Shown in pieces: positions 53,878 to 63,339 of a DNA stretch of 64,000 bases (positions within the stretch are counted from its first letter, which is position 1; each line of letters starts with the position of its first letter). The stretch is taken from the NCBI GenBank assembly GCA_038154245.1, contig JAYOZP010000002.1:114928-178927 (forward strand), read 5' to 3'. The stretch comes from Nitrospinales bacterium (GTDB lineage: Bacteria; Nitrospinota; Nitrospinia; Nitrospinales; JAJDAT01). The notes beneath the pieces are model-generated. The model was given only the letters and a program-made list of their open reading frames with translations, was not told the origin of the DNA and ran no database searches. The translations under genes and the position numbers were made by a program.

Positions 53878-54399
53878 TTATGTTCCTTTTTTCTTTGCTT
53901 TTGGAGCCAGGATCATCACTAAAGTACGGCCTTCTTTTTTAGCGGCTTGTTCTACTGTCCCAAACTCTTCGCACGCTTCCGCTATTTTTTCTAAAAGCTT
54001 TTGTCCTTGTTCAGGATGAACAATTTCTCTGCCTTTAAAGAATATTAAGACTTTGGCTTTATCGCCATGTTCTAAAAATCGTTGAACGTGCTTTAATTTA
54101 AAATCAAAATCGTGAATATCGGTATTAGGCCGAAATTTAACTTCTTTTATGTGAACGACTTTTTGATTCTTTTTAGCTTCGTGGGCGCGTTTACTTTGCT
54201 TGTATTTAAATTTACCGTAATCCATAATCCGGCAAACCGGAGGATTTGCAGTTGGCGCTACTTCGACTAAATCTAAATCTCTTTCTTTTGCCATTGTTAA
54301 CGCTTCGCGGGTTGGAAAAGTTCCTAAAGGCCCACCGTCGTCGCTAATAACGCTAACTTCTTTTACACGGATCATTTCGTTGACGCGTTGCTTTTTAAT
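53878..54399 (-). CDS. infC: Translation initiation factor IF-3 (ATT start codon)
   Basis: The tracked ORF starts at an internal ATG (54375). Eight codons upstream, AGGAGG-N7-ATT (54399-54397) gives (M)KKQRVNEMIRVKEV..., matching the usual IF-3 N-terminus and the atypical start codon known for infC. Confidence 0.9.
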   Translation of the reverse strand: MKKQRVNEMIRVKEVSVISDDGGPLGTFPTREALTMAKERDLDLVEVAPTANPPVCRIMDYGKFKYKQSKRAHEAKKNQKVVHIKEVKFRPNTDIHDFDFKLKHVQRFLEHGDKAKVLIFFKGREIVHPEQGQKLLEKIAEACEEFGTVEQAAKKEGRTLVMILAPKAKKKGT

Positions 54400-54433
54400 C
54401 GATCGTCCTCCTAAAAAAAATTAATAGCTACCG

Positions 54434-56182
54434 TTAGTCCAAAGCTTTTTCTGTTTCTGCTTTTTTAAGTTCGGAAATAAAGTCTTCTAAATCCATGATT
54501 CGAGTTTCTTTGGATTTTCTTTTTCTAACGGCAATTTTTCCAGCTTCAACTTCTTTTTCACCTAACACAATTGCGTAAGGAATTTTTGCTAGTTGAGCTT
54601 CCCTAATTTTGAACCCAATTTTTTCGTTTCGTAAATCTTTTTCGAATCGAAAATTTTCTTGGCTCAGCCTTTCAGCAATTTTTTCGACATATTCTACCTG
54701 ATGATCGGTGATAGGTAAAATAATTACTTGCACTGGAGCCAACCAAATTGGAAAAGCTCCTGCAAAATGCTCGATTAAACAGCCAAAAAATCGTTCGATC
54801 GACCCCATTAAAGCGCGATGGATCATGATTGGGCGTGCTTTTTTCCCATCTTCACCAATATAATTAATATCGAACCTTTGAGGTAAGTTAAAATCGACCT
54901 GAACTGTGGAAACTTGCCAAAAACGATTAAGGCTGTCTTTGATTTTGATATCTATTTTAGGTCCGTAAAATACGCCTTCTCCAGGATCTTCTTCGTAATC
55001 CAGCTCAATTTTTTCTAATGCGCTTTTTAGAGCCCCTGTTGCTTGCTCCCAATCACCGTCGGAACCAACTGATTTTTCAGGCCTTGTGCTTAAATATACC
55101 TTAAATTCATTAAATCCAAATGAACGTAGTATAAACAAAATAAAATCAACTACTTTCAGGATTTCAGCTTCTAATTGATCGGGGCTACAGAAAAGATGAG
55201 CATCGTCTTGGGTGAACCCTCGAACTCTCAATAATCCATGTAAAACCCCAGAGCGTTCGTATCTATAAACAGTTCCTAATTCGGCCCATCTTAAAGGCAA
55301 ATCTCGATAACTTCTTAACCCGGTTTTAAATATTTGCACATGAAACGGACAGTTCATTGGCTTTAGAACATATTCCTGGCCGTCTACGTCCATTCCGGAA
55401 AACATATTGTCTTTATAAAAGTCGGTATGGCCGCTAGTTTCCCATAGGTCAATTTTGGCGGCATGAGGACTTGCTACAAGCTCATAACCGTTTTTATAAT
55501 GCTCTTTTTTCCAGAATTCCTCCATTATATAGCGAATTCTGGCGCCTTTTGGATGCCATAAGATTAAACCTGGGCCAACATCTTCGGAAACTGTATATAA
55601 ATCCAACTCTTTGCCAAGTTTTCTATGGTCTCGTTTTTTAGCTTCTTCCAGACGGTTTAAATAATCTTTGAGTTCTTTTTTATTCCGCCAACAAGTTCCG
55701 TAAATCCTTTGTAATCCAGCATTTTTTTCGTCGCCACGCCAATATGCCGCTGAAGTATGTAGCAATTTTATGGATTTTAAGTAACCAGTCGATGGAACAT
55801 GAGGGCCTTCGCAAAGGTCTGTAAAATCTCCCTGAGAGTATATGGAAACGATTTCCTCATCGATACTATCTAAAATTTCTTTTTTATAAGACTCGCCTTT
55901 TTCGCGAAAAAATTCGTAAGCTTCTTCTTTTGTTAGGTCTTTTCTGACAATTTCGTGGTTTCTTTTTGCAATTTCCTTCATTTTGTCCTCGATCTTTTTA
56001 AGATCTTCGGGGACAAAAGGAGTTTCTCGGTAAAAATCGTAAAAATAACCGTCCTGTATGGGCGGCCCGATGGTTAATTGAGTTTCAGGGAAGAGTTCTT
56101 TTACAGCTTGGGCGGTTAAATGGGCAGCGCTATGCCTTAAAGTTTCTAAATCGATATCTTCTATTTTAATTTTGTCGTTCAT
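54434..56182 (-). CDS. thrS: Threonyl-tRNA synthetase (starts at the editing domain; no N-terminal TGS domain)
   Basis: LRHSAAHLTAQAVKELFP (editing domain), class II motifs YRYERSGVLHGLLRVRGFTQDDAH and GSIERF, and a C-terminal anticodon-binding domain. 582 aa. Confidence 0.95.
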   Translation of the reverse strand: MNDKIKIEDIDLETLRHSAAHLTAQAVKELFPETQLTIGPPIQDGYFYDFYRETPFVPEDLKKIEDKMKEIAKRNHEIVRKDLTKEEAYEFFREKGESYKKEILDSIDEEIVSIYSQGDFTDLCEGPHVPSTGYLKSIKLLHTSAAYWRGDEKNAGLQRIYGTCWRNKKELKDYLNRLEEAKKRDHRKLGKELDLYTVSEDVGPGLILWHPKGARIRYIMEEFWKKEHYKNGYELVASPHAAKIDLWETSGHTDFYKDNMFSGMDVDGQEYVLKPMNCPFHVQIFKTGLRSYRDLPLRWAELGTVYRYERSGVLHGLLRVRGFTQDDAHLFCSPDQLEAEILKVVDFILFILRSFGFNEFKVYLSTRPEKSVGSDGDWEQATGALKSALEKIELDYEEDPGEGVFYGPKIDIKIKDSLNRFWQVSTVQVDFNLPQRFDINYIGEDGKKARPIMIHRALMGSIERFFGCLIEHFAGAFPIWLAPVQVIILPITDHQVEYVEKIAERLSQENFRFEKDLRNEKIGFKIREAQLAKIPYAIVLGEKEVEAGKIAVRKRKSKETRIMDLEDFISELKKAETEKALD

Positions 56183-56282
56183 GAAAAACGGATCTTATTG
56201 CATATATGGTTATTGGATAAAGAGAAGCGAATCTTTTAGCTATTTATCCAGAATATAGCCAATCAAAAAAATGCTCAAAACA

Positions 56283-56354
56283 TAGGCACGGGCGGTTTCG
56301 AACCGCCGACCCCTTGCATGTCAAGCAAGTACTCTACCCCTGAGCTACGCGCCT
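56283..56354 (-). tRNA. tRNA-Val (anticodon GAC)
   Basis: The reverse complement reads AGGCGCG-TA-GCTCAGGGGTAGAGT-A-CTTGC-TTGACAT-GCAAG-GGGTC-GGCGG-TTCGAAA-CCGCC-CGTGCCT-A. Confidence 0.9.
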
Positions 56355-56466
56355 AAAATTTTGCAATGGTCCATTTTATTTCCAAAGGCTAATTTGTCAA
56401 GCAAAAAGGCCTATCCTGGGTTTTGTACTTTCAAAAATTTCAACAAGTTAACCAAGTTTTGGTTAT

Positions 56467-57630
56467 TTAATTCGCTTTCTTGTGTTTATTTACTATTTCA
56501 ACAACGGTGTTAATGACTCTATCGAGTTGGCTGTGTGTCATTTTTGGATAAAGCGGAAGAGTTAGAATCCTATTTGAGTAGTCCGTGGCAACCGGAAAAT
56601 CTTCCGGTTTCAGGTTAAATGTTTTAGCGTAATAGGGTTGTAGATGCAAAGCTATAAAATGCACCGCAACTCCAATTCCTGAAGCTTGTAAAGCATTTAA
56701 GAATTCATCTCTAGTTATACTTAATTTGTCCAATCTTAGAGCTATAACGTAAATATGATAAGCCGATTCAGCGTAATCTTTTATTTCTAAGGTTTCAATC
56801 TCGTCAATATCTTTGAAGGCCTCGTCGTATTTTTGGCTATATTCTTTTCGAATTTTTAGGAATTTATTAGCCTTTTTTATTTGATGAATGCCCAAGGCGG
56901 CGTTAATATCGGCCATATTATACTTGAACCCTGGCGTTTCTAATTGCCAGTGAGCGTATCCATTATTACCGTAGCGCTTCCATGCGTCACGACTTAAACC
57001 GTGTAATCTAAAGACGCGGATTTTTTCGGCCAAGGCGTCGTCATTGACGGTGATCATTCCTCCTTCTCCCGTTGTTATGTTTTTGTTTGCATAAAAACTA
57101 AAAGAAGTGGTGTGTCCCAAATTGCCGACTTTTCGCCCTTTATATTTTGTTTCTAAAGCGTGTGCGGCGTCTTCAAAAATTATTAATCCTTTTTTTTCCG
57201 CTATTGCCTCAATCGAGTCCATATCGCAGGGATGTCCCGCATAATGCACTGGCATTATGGCTCTAGTTCGCGATGTTATTTTTTCTTCTATGCCGCTCGG
57301 GTTTATATTCAAAGTTCCTTTTTCTATATCTGAAAAAACAGGTTTGAAATTGTTCAAGACAATGACGTTTGCCGTTGCGGGAAAAGTCATTGGAGTGGTA
57401 ATGATTTCATCTCCTGTTTCAAAGTTTTGCAAAGCTAACGATATGTTTAGACCGGCTGTGCAGGAGTTTAAAGCAATGGCATGTTTGCAGCCTATATAAT
57501 CCCGAAACGCTTCTTCAAATCGTTGAGTTTTTGGACCTGTAGTCATCCAACCTGATTTGAGAGTATCTACAACTTCATTTATTTCATCGTCTTCTAGCCA
57601 GGATCTATGGAAGGGTAGGTCGATGCTCAT
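56467..57630 (-). CDS. DegT/DnrJ/EryC1/StrS-family PLP-dependent sugar aminotransferase
   Basis: TGPKTQRFEEAF, DEIITTPMTFPATAN, FEDAAHA and SFSFYANKNITTGEGG (PLP-lysine region). Confidence 0.85.
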   Translation of the reverse strand: MSIDLPFHRSWLEDDEINEVVDTLKSGWMTTGPKTQRFEEAFRDYIGCKHAIALNSCTAGLNISLALQNFETGDEIITTPMTFPATANVIVLNNFKPVFSDIEKGTLNINPSGIEEKITSRTRAIMPVHYAGHPCDMDSIEAIAEKKGLIIFEDAAHALETKYKGRKVGNLGHTTSFSFYANKNITTGEGGMITVNDDALAEKIRVFRLHGLSRDAWKRYGNNGYAHWQLETPGFKYNMADINAALGIHQIKKANKFLKIRKEYSQKYDEAFKDIDEIETLEIKDYAESAYHIYVIALRLDKLSITRDEFLNALQASGIGVAVHFIALHLQPYYAKTFNLKPEDFPVATDYSNRILTLPLYPKMTHSQLDRVINTVVEIVNKHKKAN

Positions 57631-57760
57631 TATCTATGCTGTTTCAAGTTAAAAGGAATATGACTTAGGAGTTCTAAGTACGTTGCTTTTTTAAATAATT
57701 GGTTTTACAAAAAGTTAAGTAACGAATGATCTGCGAGGTTTTTTTGTTTACTTCAAAAGA

Positions 57761-58483
57761 TTATTTTTTTATTTGTGTTACCAAAGAACCAAAACCTAAA
57801 TCAGGAGAATCAAACTCGCTAAACTTTGTACTTTCCCAGTCGCCTTTATTGTTTGGAATAAAGTGATAAAAAACGTTTCCGCTTAGGCTCGTAGTATTCC
57901 GCAAAAGAGTAATGTACCAACTACCATCAATTTTTTCCCAATAATCGTGCATTGTTAGGGAAACTGGAAATCTCAAAATTCCCCGTACTCTTCCCGGGTC
58001 CATTGTTTGGATGCCTTTATAAGTCATGACGCCTTGAGCGTACTTTCCATGATCGCTTATTAGCAACTTATCAAAACTGATCCTATCGATTTTGATGTAT
58101 TTGTTCGAAGTCAATGGATAGTATCTGAAGGCTGGAAATCCTAAAATGTCCTTTTTATCTTGATGCGAGTTAATATGTTCCATTGAAGGAACGGTGTAAC
58201 CGCCTGATATGTGCGCTCTGTTGTCTTTTCGATAATCGTGGGTTACTTTGCCGTCGAAATATTTAAATTCGGCAAGAGACACTTTTTTTCTAAACTCTGG
58301 ATGTTGGTAGGAATATATTTTTTCCCAATTACTCTCCATTTTGTACTTTATGTAATTCTTTTGAATTTCGTATAGTTTCTTAACCTCTTGAATTCTATCT
58401 TGCCCAATATCTCCGTAAGCCATTTCTGGAAACGGGCTCAAAAAGTATAAGGTTAAAGTTAATAATCCTAATCGAAAAACCAT
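57761..58483 (-). CDS. Secreted hypothetical protein
   Basis: N-terminal signal-like segment MVFRLGLLTLTLYFLSPFPEMAYG. No family recognised. Confidence 0.45.
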   Translation of the reverse strand: MVFRLGLLTLTLYFLSPFPEMAYGDIGQDRIQEVKKLYEIQKNYIKYKMESNWEKIYSYQHPEFRKKVSLAEFKYFDGKVTHDYRKDNRAHISGGYTVPSMEHINSHQDKKDILGFPAFRYYPLTSNKYIKIDRISFDKLLISDHGKYAQGVMTYKGIQTMDPGRVRGILRFPVSLTMHDYWEKIDGSWYITLLRNTTSLSGNVFYHFIPNNKGDWESTKFSEFDSPDLGFGSLVTQIKK

Positions 58484-59039
58484 GGCAATACTCTCCGAAA
58501 TAAATCTTTAAAAAAAATACTACTTAATCAATATTATCGGCGTTAATTTTATAAATATTAAGTTGTGAAAGGATCGAAAAATCTGAGAAAAGAAAGCTTA
58601 CAAATTATTTTGTATTTTGAATATAAGTTTCGCGGCAAAATGGTTTGTGAAAAATCGTCCTAAAACTTGAAAAAAAGAAATCGTATATTTAGTTTTCCAC
58701 CTTTAATATACGTTCTATTATAACCTTTGCCATAAGTTGTTTTCAAAAAAAATCATAAAAAGTTGTAATTAAAAATTTTTAAAAAATAATTTAGCTAAAA
58801 AAACTAAAAAATCCTTTAACGCTTTTTTATGTAAATTGATTAAATGGTTTAGTGGATTTGTTTTTATTGTCCGAAAATTAAATTTAAAAATTCCTTTTAT
58901 TCAAAGGCAACTCTAGTAGAGGATAGGAAATAGAACCGTTTGATCGAGTTGGAAACCTTATTTTACGGTGTTAAGCTTATTTGATAATATGCGGTTAGTA
59001 AAAACAAAAAGCATGGTTACCACGGTTTATCAAACTTGA

Positions 59040-60632
59040 ATGGATAGTGAGCGGTCGATAATTGTCATGGCGGAACCTTTGAATCGAGACGATGAGTTAG
59101 GAGCATTCCGAACTTTTGCAAAAAAAAGGCTTTCTTTGAGTCTTTTATTTATTTTGCCTGCGGTTATAGCTTTATTTGCTTTTAGTTCTGGTTTTGTGGC
59201 TTTGGATATTTTGGATTACTTTTTTTTAGAAAAAAATAAGCCCTTTGTTCCATTAGAATGGGAGTTTGTAACGAAAATTCTTGGTTTGATAAAGCTGGAG
59301 GTGATTCTATTTACGGTTCTTGGTATTGGAGCCGGAATTGGCGTCGCTTATGGAATTTTGAAGCCAATGAATAGAATTATGGAAAGCGCCAAACAGATAG
59401 CGAAGGGAGATTTTAAAGCTCATTTGAATGTGGAAGATTTAGGAGAGTTCCAACCATTGGGCCAAGAGATAAACCGCATGGTTTCGTCGGTTAATCAATA
59501 TATGGTCGATAGTATGACGGGTTCATGGATTATGATGGACCCACTGGGAAAAATACTTTCTTTGAATACTGGGGCCATGTCTCTTTTGGGTGGAAACTTG
59601 GACGAATTTATTGGATTACCGGTTAATAAGTTAATAGAGAGATCAATTTTTATTGGAAAATTAGGGGAACTGGTAAAAAACACCGTGGAAAACGGGCAAA
59701 TCTATTCAGGTGAAGAGGTAATTGTCCCGGATTTGAACCAAAAAGAAAGTCGATTTTCTCTTTCCACAAAAGTTTTTAAAGGTGAAGAAAATGAAACGAC
59801 CGGGATTGTTTTAGCTATTAGGGATTTAACACGTGAGAAAGAAGTTCAAGAACATATCCAAAGAACGGGAGAATTAGCCTCTTTAGGCGGAATGGCGGCG
59901 GGATTGGCTCATGAAATACGGAACCCTTTAGGGACTATTAAGGGATTGACCCAACTATTAGAAGAAGAAGCAAATGAAGACGCAAAAAGTAAAAAATATG
60001 TAAAAACTATTATTAAAGAAGTTGATCGTTTGAATAGAGTTGTTACCGACTTATTGCAATTTGCTCAACCTGCTTCGAAAGAGTTTTTATTTTATGACGT
60101 GAATGCGCTATTAGAAAACGCTTTAGAGCTTTGTAGAATCGATCTCGAAAGGAAAAAAGCTAAAATATCTAAAGAATTCGGAAGTTATCTTCCAAGCGTT
60201 TGGGCTGATGAGAGAAAACTTATTCAAGTTTTTTTAAATTTGCTTTTAAACGCCGGCGAAGCGTTGGACGATGCCAAGGAATTAAAAATAATTACCTATT
60301 TTGACCCTAAGGGATTTTTAACATCGACTGGAGAAAGCTCTGGGGCTATTAAAATCAAGATCATGAACACGGGTCCTGAAATTGACCCTGGAATTCGCTC
60401 AAGGATTTTTGATCCGTTTTTTACTACCCGAACAGAGGGTACTGGGTTGGGATTGGCCATAGTTTCCCAAATTATTGCTTCACATAAAGGAACAATTTCA
60501 GCGGAAAGAGAAGGTCTATATACGGTATTTTTGATAACCTTACCGAGTCAAAAAGAATCTGACGCTAGCGAATTGTCTGAACAACAAGTTAAAAACCGGA
60601 AACCAGAAAGGGAGACTCATGAGTTCGCCTAA
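59040..60632 (+). CDS. Sensor histidine kinase (2 TM, HAMP, PAS-like, HisKA, HATPase; NtrB/PilS-like)
   Basis: H-box LAHEIRNPL, N-box LNLLLNAGEA, G-boxes DPFFTT and GTGLGLAIV. Confidence 0.85.
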   Translation: MDSERSIIVMAEPLNRDDELGAFRTFAKKRLSLSLLFILPAVIALFAFSSGFVALDILDYFFLEKNKPFVPLEWEFVTKILGLIKLEVILFTVLGIGAGIGVAYGILKPMNRIMESAKQIAKGDFKAHLNVEDLGEFQPLGQEINRMVSSVNQYMVDSMTGSWIMMDPLGKILSLNTGAMSLLGGNLDEFIGLPVNKLIERSIFIGKLGELVKNTVENGQIYSGEEVIVPDLNQKESRFSLSTKVFKGEENETTGIVLAIRDLTREKEVQEHIQRTGELASLGGMAAGLAHEIRNPLGTIKGLTQLLEEEANEDAKSKKYVKTIIKEVDRLNRVVTDLLQFAQPASKEFLFYDVNALLENALELCRIDLERKKAKISKEFGSYLPSVWADERKLIQVFLNLLLNAGEALDDAKELKIITYFDPKGFLTSTGESSGAIKIKIMNTGPEIDPGIRSRIFDPFFTTRTEGTGLGLAIVSQIIASHKGTISAEREGLYTVFLITLPSQKESDASELSEQQVKNRKPERETHEFA

Positions 60633-61995
60633 AATTTTAATTGTCGACGATGAAGAAGGTATTCGGTTTTTTTTATCGGAAGCAATATCTCGCGAGGGAT
60701 ATATTCCTGAAACGGCTTCAACTGGAGAAGAAGCTTTAAAAAAAGTAGAAGATGAATTTTTTGATTTAGTAATTACCGATTACAACATGCCTGGAATGAA
60801 TGGTATCCAAGCGTTTTCAAAAATGAGAGATATTCATCCTCATATCGTTGGAATTTTGATCACGGCTTATGGAGATAAGTCTTTAGCGATGGAGGCCATG
60901 AATCTTGGCATGTTCGACTATTTTACAAAACCGGTGGATATCAAAGAAGTTCGTGTTGTTATTAGGCGAGCTATAGAAAGGAGTATGTTACAAAAAGAAG
61001 TTGTTACTTTACGTTCCACTTTAGAAAAAAACTATCCTTCTAATGAAATTTTAGGAGTTTCTACCGCTACTCGTGAAGTTGTTGAAAGAATTCATAGGGT
61101 CGCCGATAGCGACGTTTCCGCTTTAATATTAGGGGAAAGCGGTACAGGTAAAGAATTAGTGGCCCAAGCTCTCCATTATAATAGTTCTCGAAAACATAGA
61201 CCCTTTGTAAAAATTAATTGTACTGCTGTTCCGCATGATCTTTTAGAAGCTGAGTTTTTTGGATTTGAAAAAGGAGCTTTTACGGGAGCCATCAAACGAA
61301 AAATTGGCAAATTTGAGCAAGCTAACGAGGGGACTTTGTTTCTTGATGAAATTGGCGATATGCCTATGTCAACCCAAGCAAAAATTTTGAGGGTTATTCA
61401 AGAAAACGAGCTGCAGAGAGTTGGAGGAGAAAATACTATTAAAATTGATATTCGTTTAGTGGCCGCAACTAATAAGGATTTAAAAAAGGCGATTGCTGAA
61501 GGAGAGTTTCGCGAAGATTTATTCTATCGTTTGAATGTCGTAGCGATTAACTTACCGCCTTTAAGACAACGAAAAGAAGATATCCCAATATTATCTAATC
61601 ATTTTTTAGAAGTTTATAACCAGAAATTTAAAAAAAATATTCAAAGTATTACTCCAGAAGGTATTGAAATATTAACTAATTATTCATGGCCTGGGAATAT
61701 TCGCGAACTTGAAAACGTAATGCAGAGGGGCATAATTTTGGCTTATGGGCCTGCATTAGGCAAAAAAGATTTGTTAGATGTTTATCCGTCATTAAGCGAC
61801 GGAGTTGAATCTTCCAGCCCTGTGGGAGCCAGTCTTTCCGACAAAGTTGGTATGACAGTTGAGTCCACAGAAAAAAAATTAATACTTGAAGCATTAAAAG
61901 AAGAAAACTGGAAACGCCAGGAAACAGCTAAAATATTAAATATTAGTCGCAAAAGTTTGCATAACAAAATGAAAAAATACGGCATTGTAGAGTAA
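60619..61995 (+). CDS. Sigma-54-dependent response regulator (NtrC/PilR family)
   Basis: Receiver domain (ILIVDDE, DYNMPGMNG), AAA+ Walker A GESGTGKE, the sigma-54 contact motif EKGAFTGA, and a C-terminal Fis-type HTH ETAKILNISRKSLHNKMKKYGI. Confidence 0.9.
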   Translation: MSSPKILIVDDEEGIRFFLSEAISREGYIPETASTGEEALKKVEDEFFDLVITDYNMPGMNGIQAFSKMRDIHPHIVGILITAYGDKSLAMEAMNLGMFDYFTKPVDIKEVRVVIRRAIERSMLQKEVVTLRSTLEKNYPSNEILGVSTATREVVERIHRVADSDVSALILGESGTGKELVAQALHYNSSRKHRPFVKINCTAVPHDLLEAEFFGFEKGAFTGAIKRKIGKFEQANEGTLFLDEIGDMPMSTQAKILRVIQENELQRVGGENTIKIDIRLVAATNKDLKKAIAEGEFREDLFYRLNVVAINLPPLRQRKEDIPILSNHFLEVYNQKFKKNIQSITPEGIEILTNYSWPGNIRELENVMQRGIILAYGPALGKKDLLDVYPSLSDGVESSSPVGASLSDKVGMTVESTEKKLILEALKEENWKRQETAKILNISRKSLHNKMKKYGIVE

Positions 61996-62076
61996 ATATT
62001 ACAGTAATTTAACAACATTTTTTGGTTCTATGCATGTACAATTATTAAATACACAACTTGGAATTAATTAAGAAAA

Positions 62077-63318
62077 ATGGCCGTTTTTGAATACAAAGCA
62101 AGAGATAGAATGGGGCAAATGGTAACCGGTACCATGAGCGCAAATACCGCAGATGCCGTTAGCCAAGAACTATCAAAAATGGGTCATTTTCCTGTAAAAA
62201 TAAAAGAAGAAGGTGGCGGAACTGGAGAAAATGCAAATAAAAGTGGAGGAAAAAAGAAAGGGTTTCTCTCTAGTTTTCAGAAGGTGACCACAGAAGATTT
62301 GGTCCTTTTCACGCGCCAAATGTCTACTCTTTTTAATGCTGGTATTCCCTTATTACAAATTCTTTCAGCTCTCTCAGATCAAGTAACTAATTCTCGTTTT
62401 AAAGATGTGCTCTTGCAAATGCGAAGAGAAATTGAAGATGGCCTTTCTCTTTCCGAAGCTATGCAAAAGCATGAAGATGTTTTTCCCGAATTATTTGTAG
62501 CAATGATACAAGCGGGTGAGGCTGGCGGCGTGATGGATGATATTTTAGGCCGGTTAGCCGATTTGATCGAAAAACAAGCGGAAAATGAAGCGAAAATTAG
62601 GGCTGCAATGCGTTATCCAAAGATGGTCGTTGGGGCTATGGCTGTTGCTATCGGTATTTTGATGTGGAAAGTAGTGCCTATTTTCGTTTCTATGTTTGAA
62701 AAAGCGAAAATCGAGCTTCCTTGGGCTACAAAATTGTTAATTGCAGCTAATAATGCGGCACACGATTATTGGCATTTTGTCATTGGCGGATTTGTTCTTT
62801 TGTACGTATTGTTTAATAAATATACTAAAACGGAAAAAGGTAAATACCAATGGCATTATATTTGCTTAAAGTTTCCAATAATGGGTAACGTCTTGCTGAA
62901 ATCAAATATGTCGAAGTTCTCCAGAATATTAGGAACTTTGCAAGCAGGCGGTGTTCCTATTTTAGATATTTTATCCGTTTCTGCTCGTGTAGTTGATAAT
63001 GTGGTTTTATCAAAAATTATTTCTGACTTGAGAAAAAGCGTTCAGGAAGGTTTAGGGCTTGCCGCTCCATTAAGCAAGAGTGGATTTGTTCCTCCGCTTG
63101 TAATTCAGATGATTGCCGCTGGAGAAGAATCTGGTGCCCTAGACGATATGATGATGAAAGTAGCGGATTACTATGATGAAGAAGTTGATCAGGCGGTAAA
63201 AAACTTATCTTCCATGATAGAACCTATTTTGCTGGTTTTTATGGGCGGGTTAGTTTTATTCCTCGCTTTGGCTATTTTTATGCCGATGTGGGATATGTCC
63301 AAAATGGCCAAAAAATAA
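62077..63318 (+). CDS. pilC: Type IV pilus platform protein (T2SS F / PilC family)
   Basis: 413 aa with two T2SSF repeats (LVLFTRQMSTLFNAGIPLLQIL and FSRILGTLQAGGVPILDIL) and GEESGALDDMM. Confidence 0.85.
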   Translation: MAVFEYKARDRMGQMVTGTMSANTADAVSQELSKMGHFPVKIKEEGGGTGENANKSGGKKKGFLSSFQKVTTEDLVLFTRQMSTLFNAGIPLLQILSALSDQVTNSRFKDVLLQMRREIEDGLSLSEAMQKHEDVFPELFVAMIQAGEAGGVMDDILGRLADLIEKQAENEAKIRAAMRYPKMVVGAMAVAIGILMWKVVPIFVSMFEKAKIELPWATKLLIAANNAAHDYWHFVIGGFVLLYVLFNKYTKTEKGKYQWHYICLKFPIMGNVLLKSNMSKFSRILGTLQAGGVPILDILSVSARVVDNVVLSKIISDLRKSVQEGLGLAAPLSKSGFVPPLVIQMIAAGEESGALDDMMMKVADYYDEEVDQAVKNLSSMIEPILLVFMGGLVLFLALAIFMPMWDMSKMAKK

Positions 63319-63339
63319 AAAATAGGATTAATTAAATAA

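Noticed and set aside
62023-62037. Sigma-54-like TGGTTCTATGCATGT upstream of pilC.
   Set aside because: The -24 GG is present, but the -12 element reads ATGT instead of TTGC. The only GC dinucleotide is at the wrong spacing.
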